Positions 36,868-44,304 of a DNA stretch of 64,000 nucleotides are shown here, in pieces. Within the stretch, counting starts at the first letter, position 1. Each line of letters opens with the position of its first letter. A program made the position numbers and the translations under genes. Below the pieces are notes generated by a model. The model saw nothing but the letters and a program-made list of their open reading frames with translations, made no database searches and was not told where the DNA came from. Source of the stretch: an uncultured Bacteroidales bacterium (GTDB taxonomy: Bacteria; Bacteroidota; Bacteroidia; Bacteroidales; Paludibacteraceae); the NCBI GenBank assembly GCA_900321005.1, contig ONUF01000015.1, positions 1,414-65,413 on the forward strand. The letters are read 5' to 3'.

Positions 36868-38001
36868 ATGGCATTTTTTGAATTACATAGCGAGGCGAAG
36901 GGCGTCGGGCCGAGGGCGGGAGTGATACATACCGACCACGGCGATATCCTCACGCCGATATTTATGCCCGTCGGAACAGCCGGGACGGTGAAAGGTGTGC
37001 AGCGCAAGGAGTTGGAGGAAGACATCAAGGCGCAGATCATCCTCGGCAATACCTATCATCTCTTCCTGCGTCCGGGAACGGAGATCCTGCGTCAGACCGG
37101 CGGATTACACCGATTCGAAGGTTGGACACGGCCGATATTGACGGACTCGGGCGGTTTTCAGGTGTTCAGTCTGACGGATATCCGCAAGATGACCGAAGAG
37201 GGCGTACGGTTTAGCAGTCATATCGACGGCCGCAAACTGATGTTCACCCCGGAATCGGTGATGGACATCGAGCGCGAGATAGGCGCCGACATCATGATGG
37301 CTTTCGACGAGTGCTGTCCCGGCACGGCGGACAAGAAATACGCGAAAGACTCGATGGACCGCACGCACCGGTGGCTGGACCGCTGCATCGCGCGCTTCGA
37401 CGGTACGGACGATCTGTACGGCTACAAGCAACACCTGTTCCCGATTGTGCAGGGTTGCACCTATACCGACTTGCGGCAGGACGCGTGCAAGCGCTTGCGG
37501 GATCTGGACCGCGACGGCTATGCGATAGGCGGACTGGCGGTAGGTGAACCGACGGAAGTGATGTACGAGATGATCGAGGCGTGCAACGACATATTGCCGA
37601 CCGAAAAACCCCGTTATCTGATGGGCGTCGGGACACCGTGGAACATCCTCGAGGCGATCGAGCGCGGCGTGGATATGTTCGACTGCGTGATGCCGACCCG
37701 CAACGGCCGCAACGGAATGATTTTCACCTGGAACGGCGTGATGAATCTGCGCAACAAGAAATGGGAGGACGACTTCACGGAACTGGATCCGGCGGGCACG
37801 AGTTATGTCGATCACGCGTACACTCGCGCGTACGTTCGACATTTAATACACGCGCAGGAGATGTTAGGACTCGAAGTGCTGTCGATTCATAACCTCGCGT
37901 TCTATCTCGACCTCGTGACGCAGGCAAGGGAGCATATCCTCAAGGGCGATTACGAGAGCTGGATGCAAGGCGTGATGCCGGCGCTCATGACGCGGCTGTA
38001 G
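36868..38001 (+). CDS. tgt: Queuine tRNA-ribosyltransferase
   Basis: TPIFMPVGT, LTDSGGFQVFS, GLAVGE and MFDCVMPTRNGRNG motifs. Confidence 0.93.
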   Translation: MAFFELHSEAKGVGPRAGVIHTDHGDILTPIFMPVGTAGTVKGVQRKELEEDIKAQIILGNTYHLFLRPGTEILRQTGGLHRFEGWTRPILTDSGGFQVFSLTDIRKMTEEGVRFSSHIDGRKLMFTPESVMDIEREIGADIMMAFDECCPGTADKKYAKDSMDRTHRWLDRCIARFDGTDDLYGYKQHLFPIVQGCTYTDLRQDACKRLRDLDRDGYAIGGLAVGEPTEVMYEMIEACNDILPTEKPRYLMGVGTPWNILEAIERGVDMFDCVMPTRNGRNGMIFTWNGVMNLRNKKWEDDFTELDPAGTSYVDHAYTRAYVRHLIHAQEMLGLEVLSIHNLAFYLDLVTQAREHILKGDYESWMQGVMPALMTRL

Positions 38002-38032
38002 CTATTTTATGGTAAATAAAAAGAAATAAAAT

Positions 38033-38167
38033 CTGCTTGCATTGGCTGTTTGCGCTTGACGCGCTGCGAGTGCCGCACTCCACCGCGCCGTTTACAAATA
38101 TATTTGACACGTCTCGATAGAGCACGTCCCTCACCGCCAAAGGCGGTAAACATCCAACGCCAGCAGC
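38033..38167. mobile_element. Hairpin-ended insertion element, copy C (135 bp), same subfamily as B
   Basis: Its termini match B apart from one base in the 5' arm. The interior has diverged but keeps hairpins gcgc-ttgac-gcgc, ctc-gata-gag and accgcc-aaa-ggcggt. It is followed by GATAAAT. Confidence 0.6.
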
Positions 38168-38274
38168 GATAAATTTAAATAAAGCATTTCCTCTACAGGT
38201 TATTTGTTTAGCAGGAATTCTACTAAGGCACGCAAGCAGAAAGGTTACAATAAGTAAAAAATATCAATACTATT

Positions 38275-38715
38275 ATGGCATACACCCTTAAGCGCATAGC
38301 AGACACGCACCCGGAATGGGTAAATGAGTTAAAGCAGAAATGCTACGCCATCAATGGATGCTTATTAACAGTACACAATGATTTGGGACCGTTCCTAAAC
38401 GAATACATGTACCAAGATGCTTTACAAATCTTATTAGATGAGAAGCAAATCCCCTACCAACGAGAGTACTATTTTAGCATTGAGTACCGCGGTAAGAAAA
38501 TTGCGCATAAGCATTACGTGGATTTCTTAGTAGAAGACCAGATTATCGTAGAATGCAAGGCGGTAGAAAAATTATGCGTAGAGCATAGGCAGCAATTATG
38601 GAACTACATGCGGCTAACCGGGAAGACCATTGGTATCCTATATAATTTCGGTCCCGCCAAGCATCAGTCGGAGCACTACTATTTGGATAAGGATGGCACA
38701 ATGTACATGTTTTAA
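38275..38715 (+). CDS. GxxExxY protein (PD-(D/E)XK nuclease-like superfamily)
   Basis: 146 aa. YQREYYFSIEYRGKKI..HYVDFLVEDQIIVECKAV...GKTIGILYNFG fits the remembered TIGR04256 pattern. Confidence 0.7.
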   Translation: MAYTLKRIADTHPEWVNELKQKCYAINGCLLTVHNDLGPFLNEYMYQDALQILLDEKQIPYQREYYFSIEYRGKKIAHKHYVDFLVEDQIIVECKAVEKLCVEHRQQLWNYMRLTGKTIGILYNFGPAKHQSEHYYLDKDGTMYMF

Positions 38716-38744
38716 ATTTTAATGGTAAATAAAAATAGATAAAG

Positions 38745-38873
38745 TCCTTCGCCGGCAATATGCCTTAACAGGCCGTTCGCGTTCCACGCCATACCGCGCC
38801 CTTAAAAGTAAACTTTACGTGCCCGTTAGGGCATCGGACCGCACCTCCAAAGGAGGTAATTGCCGCCAAAGGC
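38745..38873. mobile_element. Hairpin-ended insertion element, copy D (129 bp)
   Basis: Flanked by GATAAAG (38738-38744) and GATAAAA (38874-38880). Termini are ccttcgccggcaat / attgccgccaaagg. Hairpins gcct-taac-aggc, gccc-gtta-gggc and acctcc-aaa-ggaggt covary with those of B and C. Confidence 0.55.
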
Positions 38874-39077
38874 GATAAAACTATAATAAATTATGGATGT
38901 GCGGTGTAGCCATTGGGCTACCGTCAAATGTATTTGTAAGGGTAGTCGTTGGGGATTCAGCGCAGAGGCTTGCATGAGCCTATGACAGAGCGGAAGAGTT
39001 TATTTAGGTTTATTTACATAAAAAAGAGAGGAGCGCCACGCGGCAAGGAGATACTTCTCCGACGAGCGGGAGGCAAA

Positions 39078-40157
39078 ATGCAAATGAAAAGACTCGACTG
39101 GTACATAATCAAGAAGTTTTTAGGTACGTTCTTTTTCTCGATCGTGCTGATATTGTCTATCGCTATCGTATTTGACATGACGGAGAAGATGGACGATTTC
39201 TTTGAGCACCAAGTGCCGCTCAAGGAGATTGTCTTCGATTATTACCTGCCGTTTATCCCGTATTACATGAATATGTTCAGTTCGCTGTTCATCTTCATCT
39301 CCGTCATCTTCTTCACCAGTAAGATGGCGGGAAATTCGGAGATTATCGCCATTCAAGCTGCCGGCGTGAGTTACCACCGGATGATGGTTCCCTACGCCAT
39401 TTCGGCGACGATACTTTTTGCTTTGGGCGTCTTTCTCGGAGGCTGGGTCATCCCGCGCAGCGCCGCGCGAATGCTCAATTTTACCGACAAATACGTGGAA
39501 CATTTCACGACGGAGAACGCCCGCAATATCCAGTTGGAAGTGGAGCCCGGTACGATTTTGTATATCGAGTCTTTCCAACGCCGCTCGGAGATCGGCTACC
39601 GCTGCTCGATCGAGTATTTCGAAGGCAAGACGCTCGTTTCGCGTCTGACGGCTGACCGCATCTATTACGATTCCTTGGAATACTGGCACCTTGACCATTA
39701 TACGCAGCGCACGTTTGTGGGGCTGCGAGAGAGTTTAGAGCGGGGTATGCGCAAGGATATCACGCTGCCGATCATTCCCGATGAGCTATTTATCACCGCG
39801 CAGCAGGCCCAACAGATGACCACGCCGGAATTGCGGCACTATATCAAGCGCCAGTTAGAGCGCGGCAGCGGCAACGTCAAACCCTTCGAAGTGGAATACC
39901 ACAAGCGTTGGGCGATGCCTTTGGGCGCATTTATCATGACGCTGCTCGGCGTGACGATGTCCAGCCGGCGCCAACGCGGCGGCATGGGAAAGAATCTGGG
40001 ACTCGGCATTGTGCTCACCGCCGGATATATCCTTTTCTCTACCGTAAGTACCACATTCTCAGTGAATAACGTCATGTCGCCTCTCATGGCGGCTTGGCTT
40101 CCGAACCTCGTATTCTTAGCGATTTCTATTCCGCTGTATATTCGCGCAAGTCGATAA
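39078..40157 (+). CDS. LptF/LptG-family (YjgP/YjgQ) LPS export permease
   Basis: Start trimmed to MQMKRLDWYIIKKFLGTFFFS. It has six TM segments around a periplasmic beta-jellyroll region. Confidence 0.78.
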   Translation: MQMKRLDWYIIKKFLGTFFFSIVLILSIAIVFDMTEKMDDFFEHQVPLKEIVFDYYLPFIPYYMNMFSSLFIFISVIFFTSKMAGNSEIIAIQAAGVSYHRMMVPYAISATILFALGVFLGGWVIPRSAARMLNFTDKYVEHFTTENARNIQLEVEPGTILYIESFQRRSEIGYRCSIEYFEGKTLVSRLTADRIYYDSLEYWHLDHYTQRTFVGLRESLERGMRKDITLPIIPDELFITAQQAQQMTTPELRHYIKRQLERGSGNVKPFEVEYHKRWAMPLGAFIMTLLGVTMSSRRQRGGMGKNLGLGIVLTAGYILFSTVSTTFSVNNVMSPLMAAWLPNLVFLAISIPLYIRASR

Positions 40158-40243
40158 AAATACAAATTGTCAACTCGATTGCACATTTTGTAGAAATTTG
40201 TCACTTTTCGGCGAATATATTTGCACATCTCCACGAAAGGCAG

Positions 40244-40251
40244 TACTTTTG
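40244..40251 (+). promoter_or_regulatory. -7 box TACTTTTG
   Basis: gcagTACTTTTGcgacg, about 110 nt upstream of the ATG at 40362. Confidence 0.45.
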
Positions 40252-40361
40252 CGACGTTTTTCGATGACACCTGCTCTCAAGGTACGCGAAGTGTCGCGGG
40301 ATGCCCACGCATTGGTGCGAACGAAAAACAGGTATTAGTCTTAAAAAGAAAGGAACTAACT

Positions 40362-40655
40362 ATGAAAACGTATTTGAGAAAAGTTAGTTATCTGTTGACA
40401 TTCTGCTGCCTGATGGCAGGCTTTACTTTCGCGGACGCCGCAAAAAACAATGATAATTTCACTGTTCGCTTCCGCGAGAACACGCTGGTAGTGACATCTG
40501 CAAAGATGGAAGAAGCACGCATCTACACGCTGCAGGGCAAGCTTCTCCAGAAAGAGCGTGGCAACTTCGTAGAATTCGAATTAGACCGTGGTACGTACCG
40601 CCTCTATGCGAAGGTCAACGGAGAAACCGTTTCCCGCAGAATTGAGTTGCGCTAA
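40362..40655 (+). CDS. 97-aa secreted protein consisting essentially of a signal peptide plus a T9SS-CTD-like beta domain
   Basis: Start trimmed to MKTYLRKVSYLLTFCCLMAGFTFADA. RIYTLQGKLLQKERGNFVEFELDRGTYRLYAKVNGETVSRRIEL resembles the Por_Secre_tail pattern. Confidence 0.5.
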   Translation: MKTYLRKVSYLLTFCCLMAGFTFADAAKNNDNFTVRFRENTLVVTSAKMEEARIYTLQGKLLQKERGNFVEFELDRGTYRLYAKVNGETVSRRIELR

Positions 40656-40663
40656 ACCCAAAG

Positions 40664-40689
40664 AGAGCCCTTGCGGCTCTTTTTTTTTA
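40664..40689 (+). terminator. Rho-independent terminator
   Basis: agagcc-cttgc-ggctct followed by ttttttttt. Confidence 0.8.
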
Positions 40690-40698
40690 TGTTAAATT

Positions 40699-40868
40699 TT
40701 GTAGTAACTTCGGCACGCCCCTTCCCCTACGGGGTGGGTTCCCTCCGAAGTTACGTTCGCACTTTCGTGCAAACTACAAGCTTTTAAGCAAACAAAAACA
40801 CGCTTGTGCAAGCACAGACTACTTTTTTTACTTAAAAACTTGCAAATTTGAAAAAATTGTAGTAACTT
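40699..40868. other. 146-bp hairpin-rich segment flanked by 12-bp direct repeats TTGTAGTAACTT, inside the ddl promoter region
   Basis: Direct repeats at 40699-40710 and 40857-40868. Inside are gtaacttcgg...ccgaagttac (10 bp, 40704-40754), gcac-tttc-gtgc and gcttg-tg-caagc. Confidence 0.4.
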
Positions 40869-40870
40869 TG
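40863..40870 (+). promoter_or_regulatory. -7 box TAACTTTG for ddl
   Basis: It lies in the second copy of the 12-bp repeat. The first copy reads TAACTTCG, which is off consensus. Confidence 0.5.
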
Positions 40871-40897
40871 CAGCCAAATTGGATTATAAGGCGAAAA

Positions 40898-41866
40898 ATG
40901 AGAAGAAATATAGCCATTATTGCCGGCGGAGACAGCAGCGAACATGAGGTGTCGCTTCGTTCGGCGGCAGGTATCTATTCCTTTATGGACAAGGAGCGCT
41001 ACGATTGCACGATCGTGGTGTTTGACGGTAAGAATTGGCACACCGAAGCCGGTGAGCCGATCGATAAGAACGATTTTTCTTTTACGCGCGGGGGCGTGAA
41101 GCACACCTTCGATTTCGCGTACATCACGATACACGGTACGCCGGGCGAGAACGGCATTCTGCAGGGATACCTCGACATGATCGGCATGCCTTACTCCTGC
41201 TGCGGAGTCTTGGCCGCAGCGCTGACGTTCAACAAGTACGCCTGCAACCACTACCTGTCGTATTTCGGATTCCATATCGCGAACAGCATGATGCTGCGTA
41301 AGGGGCAGAAGTTGCCCAACGCGCCGAAGATTGCGGAGACCTTAGGTCTGCCCTGTTTCATCAAATCGAACGTGGGCGGTTCGAGTTTCGGTTGCACGAA
41401 AGTGAAGACCGTCGAAGAGGTCTATCCCGCTATCGAGCGCGCGTTCCAAGAAGGCGACGAGGTGATCTGCGAGTCGTTTATGCAAGGCACGGAGGTGACC
41501 TGCGGCGTCTATAAGACGAAGGACAAAGCGGTGGCTTTCCCCATCACGGAGGTCGTCACGCACAACGAGTTCTTCGACTATAACGCGAAGTACAAAGGCG
41601 AGGTCGATGAGATCACACCGGCGCGTATTCCGGATGCGGTGCGCGACAAAATCCAAGCCGAGACACTGCGTCTGTACGACATCATCGGCGCACAGGGCAT
41701 CATCCGCGTGGATTGGATTATTACGGGTGACAAGATCAACCTCCTTGAAGTGAATACGACGCCGGGAATGACACCGACGAGTTTTATTCCGCAGCAAGTA
41801 AGAGCCGCGGGGCTCGACATAAAGGACGTGCTAACGGATATTATCGAAAACAAGTTTTCGAATTGA
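40898..41866 (+). CDS. ddl: D-alanine--D-alanine ligase
   Basis: Start trimmed to MRRNIAIIAGGDSSEHEVSLRSA, followed by an ATP-grasp region (GGSSFG, EVNTTPGMT). Confidence 0.9.
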   Translation: MRRNIAIIAGGDSSEHEVSLRSAAGIYSFMDKERYDCTIVVFDGKNWHTEAGEPIDKNDFSFTRGGVKHTFDFAYITIHGTPGENGILQGYLDMIGMPYSCCGVLAAALTFNKYACNHYLSYFGFHIANSMMLRKGQKLPNAPKIAETLGLPCFIKSNVGGSSFGCTKVKTVEEVYPAIERAFQEGDEVICESFMQGTEVTCGVYKTKDKAVAFPITEVVTHNEFFDYNAKYKGEVDEITPARIPDAVRDKIQAETLRLYDIIGAQGIIRVDWIITGDKINLLEVNTTPGMTPTSFIPQQVRAAGLDIKDVLTDIIENKFSN

Positions 41867-41895
41867 TAATTGATGATTGATAATTGATGATTGAT
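41861..41895 (+). repeat. Heptamer array AATTGAT/GATTGAT x5 containing both the ddl stop and the next gene's start
   Basis: aattgat aattgat gattgat aattgat gattgat. TGA is at 41864-41866 and ATG at 41887. Confidence 0.92.
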
Positions 41896-42855
41896 ATTAT
41901 CAAGGAAATAGAGAATCTGGATTGGAGCAAGGAGCCGAAGGGGCTGTATGAACCGATTGCGTACACCTTGGCTTCCGGCGGGAAGCGTTTGCGTCCCACC
42001 CTCGCCCTGATTGCGGCGGAGGTGATTATGAACGAAGGTCTGCTGAACGGCGATGCGATAGAACATACCGTACCGGCGGCGTTGGCGCTGGAGATTTTCC
42101 ATAACTTCACGCTGCTGCACGACGATGTGATGGACCGCGCAGCGGTTCGCCGCGGAAGACCGACCGTGCACGTAAAATGGAATGACAACACCGCGATCCT
42201 TTCCGGCGACCAGATGCTCATCGAGGCCTATAAGCAATTGGCGCAAGTGCCGGCAGACAAGTTACCGCAAGTGCTGAGATGGTTCAACGAGATGGCGACG
42301 GGAATATGCGAGGGGCAGCAGTATGACGTGGATTTCGAGCACCAGCGCCAAGTAAGCATCGAGGACTACATGATGATGATTGAGAAGAAGACCTCCGTGC
42401 TGATTGCCAATGCGCTGCGGACGGGCGGATATATCGCCGGTGCGAACCCTGCGCAACAGGAAGCGCTCTACCAATACGGCCTGCATATCGGTTTGGCGTT
42501 CCAGATCCAAGACGATATATTGGATGTGTACGGTGACCCGAAGACTTTCGGCAAAGCTATCGGCGGCGATATCTGCTGCAACAAAAAGACCATCCTGTTG
42601 CTCACGGCGCTGGAGCAGGCCGACGATCAGACGAAAGCCGAGTTGCAGCAGTGGCTCGATGTTTCCGACCGCGATGCGGAGAAGATTGCCACCGTGACGG
42701 AGCTGTACAACCGCTTGGGAGTACGCGAACGCGTAGAAGAAGTGATGGAGCAACATACCGCTCTGGCGCTCGCGCAACTCGATAAGTTGCCGCAGAACGC
42801 CGCTTGCGAGAAGTTGCGTACGCTCGCCGAGCGGCTCGTCACGCGAAAGAGTTAA
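41887..42855 (+). CDS. Polyprenyl diphosphate synthase (trans-IPPS family)
   Basis: FHNFTLLHDDVMD and FQIQDDILD aspartate-rich motifs. I prefer the ATG at 41887 over the TTG at 41884. Confidence 0.85.
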   Translation: MIDIIKEIENLDWSKEPKGLYEPIAYTLASGGKRLRPTLALIAAEVIMNEGLLNGDAIEHTVPAALALEIFHNFTLLHDDVMDRAAVRRGRPTVHVKWNDNTAILSGDQMLIEAYKQLAQVPADKLPQVLRWFNEMATGICEGQQYDVDFEHQRQVSIEDYMMMIEKKTSVLIANALRTGGYIAGANPAQQEALYQYGLHIGLAFQIQDDILDVYGDPKTFGKAIGGDICCNKKTILLLTALEQADDQTKAELQQWLDVSDRDAEKIATVTELYNRLGVRERVEEVMEQHTALALAQLDKLPQNAACEKLRTLAERLVTRKS

Positions 42856-42882
42856 AGAATTAAAGATTAAAGAATTAAAGAT
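42853..42882 (+). repeat. 7/8-nt array TAAAGAAT/TAAAGAT x4 forming the whole spacer
   Basis: taaagaat taaagat taaagaat taaagat, then ATG. The first unit holds the TAA stop. Confidence 0.9.
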
Positions 42883-43650
42883 ATGCCTTACCGTCGATTA
42901 CCAAACACGGACCAAGCACGACTCCATGCGCTGCAGAACGCTATCCAGCGCGCGCAGACGGCGGACTTCACCGAGCAGGTGATTCCGTACAAAGTGCTGA
43001 GTGAAGCACAGCGGTTCCTCGTCTCGTTCGAGAACACCGTGATGCAGTCGAAAGACAACTACACCTCGACCGTCAATGCGAACAAGCAGTACCGTCATAT
43101 CGTGCAGAATGCGCGTATGTACATCTCGCATTTCATCCAGGTGCTCAACCTCGCTGTCATTCGCGGAGAGATCAAGAAAGAGCAGAAGTTGCTGTACGGC
43201 TTAGACCCTCACCAGCATGTCGTACCGGATTTGTCCACAGAGGAGTACTTGCTCGAATGGGGAAAGAAGATCATCGAGGGCGAACAGAAACGTATGGCCA
43301 ACGGTGGTTTCCCGATCTACAACCCCGCCATCAACAAGGTGAAGGTGCATTACGACATCTTCTGCGAGCACCAGCGTCAGCACACTTTCCATGTGCAGAA
43401 CACGGAGCGCGTGCACGGCGACTTGGAGCCGCTGCGTGCACAGGCGGACGCGATTATCCTGAACATGTGGAACCTCATTGAGGATTTCTATAAAGACCTA
43501 TTGCCCTACGCGAAGTTGATGAAATGCCAGTTATACGGCGTAATATACTATTACCGCAAGGGCGAAAGAAAACTTACGGCCGAGAGCGACCGTAAGTTAC
43601 AGGAGATACGGGACAGTCAACCGACTATCCAATGGTCTGTTGAGGAGTGA
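42883..43650 (+). CDS. Hypothetical protein (255 aa)
   Basis: Clean ORF with coding-like composition. I recognise no motif. Confidence 0.5.
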   Translation: MPYRRLPNTDQARLHALQNAIQRAQTADFTEQVIPYKVLSEAQRFLVSFENTVMQSKDNYTSTVNANKQYRHIVQNARMYISHFIQVLNLAVIRGEIKKEQKLLYGLDPHQHVVPDLSTEEYLLEWGKKIIEGEQKRMANGGFPIYNPAINKVKVHYDIFCEHQRQHTFHVQNTERVHGDLEPLRAQADAIILNMWNLIEDFYKDLLPYAKLMKCQLYGVIYYYRKGERKLTAESDRKLQEIRDSQPTIQWSVEE

Positions 43651-44227
43651 TGACGCGATGCACGTTATGATCGCGGAAGAGATGCGGGATGTCGTGTTTC
43701 TTTAACTGGAACGCATAGCAGATACCGAATTTCTTCACTCCCGGGTGCTTACGAAGGAACTTATCGTAATACCCGCCGCCGCGACCGATACGGTGACAAT
43801 GGTGATCAAACACCACGCCGGGGACAAGCATCAAGTCGATAGGACCTTTCCAAGTCGGCGTCTGGGGTTCGGGAACGCCCAAACGACCCTTACGCATCAT
43901 GTCCTCGCCGTCATAGGGACGGACCTCTATCGAATAACGATGGGTGACAGGGAAAAGGAAAGTTTTTTGATCCTGATACTTGGCGAGCAGCGGACGAAGG
44001 TCCACCTCGTTATGCACAGGGTAATAGATGAGCACCGTTTGGGCATCGCGGAAAGCAGCCATCTGCTCAATCTGCGCACAGATACGCGCAGAGTCCGCAG
44101 CGACATCCTCGGGCGACAACATACGACGACGCTGCTCCACAATAGCGCGAAGCGCGGCCTGCTCGCGACGGATTCGCACCCACGGAAGCCAGGACTTGAT
44201 GTCATGTATTTGAGAGTCGAACAACAT
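43625..44227 (-). CDS. 5-formyltetrahydrofolate cyclo-ligase
   Basis: LIYYPVHNEVDLRPLL and DLMLVPGVVFDHHCHRIGRGGGYYDKFL. Its 3' end overlaps the convergent gene by 26 nt. Confidence 0.82.
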   Translation of the reverse strand: MLFDSQIHDIKSWLPWVRIRREQAALRAIVEQRRRMLSPEDVAADSARICAQIEQMAAFRDAQTVLIYYPVHNEVDLRPLLAKYQDQKTFLFPVTHRYSIEVRPYDGEDMMRKGRLGVPEPQTPTWKGPIDLMLVPGVVFDHHCHRIGRGGGYYDKFLRKHPGVKKFGICYAFQLKKHDIPHLFRDHNVHRVITPQQTIG

Positions 44228-44262
44228 GTGTAATGTGTAATGTGTAATGTGTAATGTTTAGT
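44228..44262. repeat. Heptamer array GTGTAAT x4 plus GTTTAGT
   Basis: It starts at the nucleotide next to the minus-strand start codon (cat 44225-44227). It belongs to the same family as 52139-52166. Confidence 0.92.
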
Positions 44263-44267
44263 GGTTT

Positions 44268-44275
44268 TACCTTTG
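44268..44275 (+). promoter_or_regulatory. -7 box TACCTTTG
   Basis: ggtttTACCTTTGcgggtgcaaagg, 30 nt before the ATG at 44305. Confidence 0.55.
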
Positions 44276-44304
44276 CGGGTGCAAAGGTACAAAAAAAAAT
44301 TGAT

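Noticed and set aside
34644-38880. Interpreting the hairpin elements as integron attC sites of a gene-cassette array.
   Set aside because: The structure-over-sequence conservation is reminiscent of attC. But the conserved ends are direct GATAAA repeats rather than inverse RYYYAAC/GTTRRRY cores. The flanked genes include core panD and tgt, and no intI is present. I kept this only as a comparison within the finding.
38894-39020. A fifth, inverted copy of the hairpin element between copy D and lptF/G.
   Set aside because: On the minus strand it has a GTAAATAAAC-like end, an internal ttacaaata-cat-ttgac similarity to copy C and two hairpins. But I could not pair its termini or identify GATAAA direct repeats. 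It is mentioned only as a degenerate candidate.
38949-39077. N-terminal extensions of ORF-track calls (38949, 40221, 40868, 44254, 50451, 49432, 7540, 34997 and the 7407 end of the gldD-like gene).
   Set aside because: The extensions run through promoter boxes, repeat arrays or the upstream gene. Internal starts give canonical signal peptides, lipoboxes or family N-termini (MQMKRLDWYIIKKF, MKTYLRKV, MRRNIAIIAGG, MRKYFYILL, MRKALYIGLL, MENKNN, MDKITNPF, MHFGQK).
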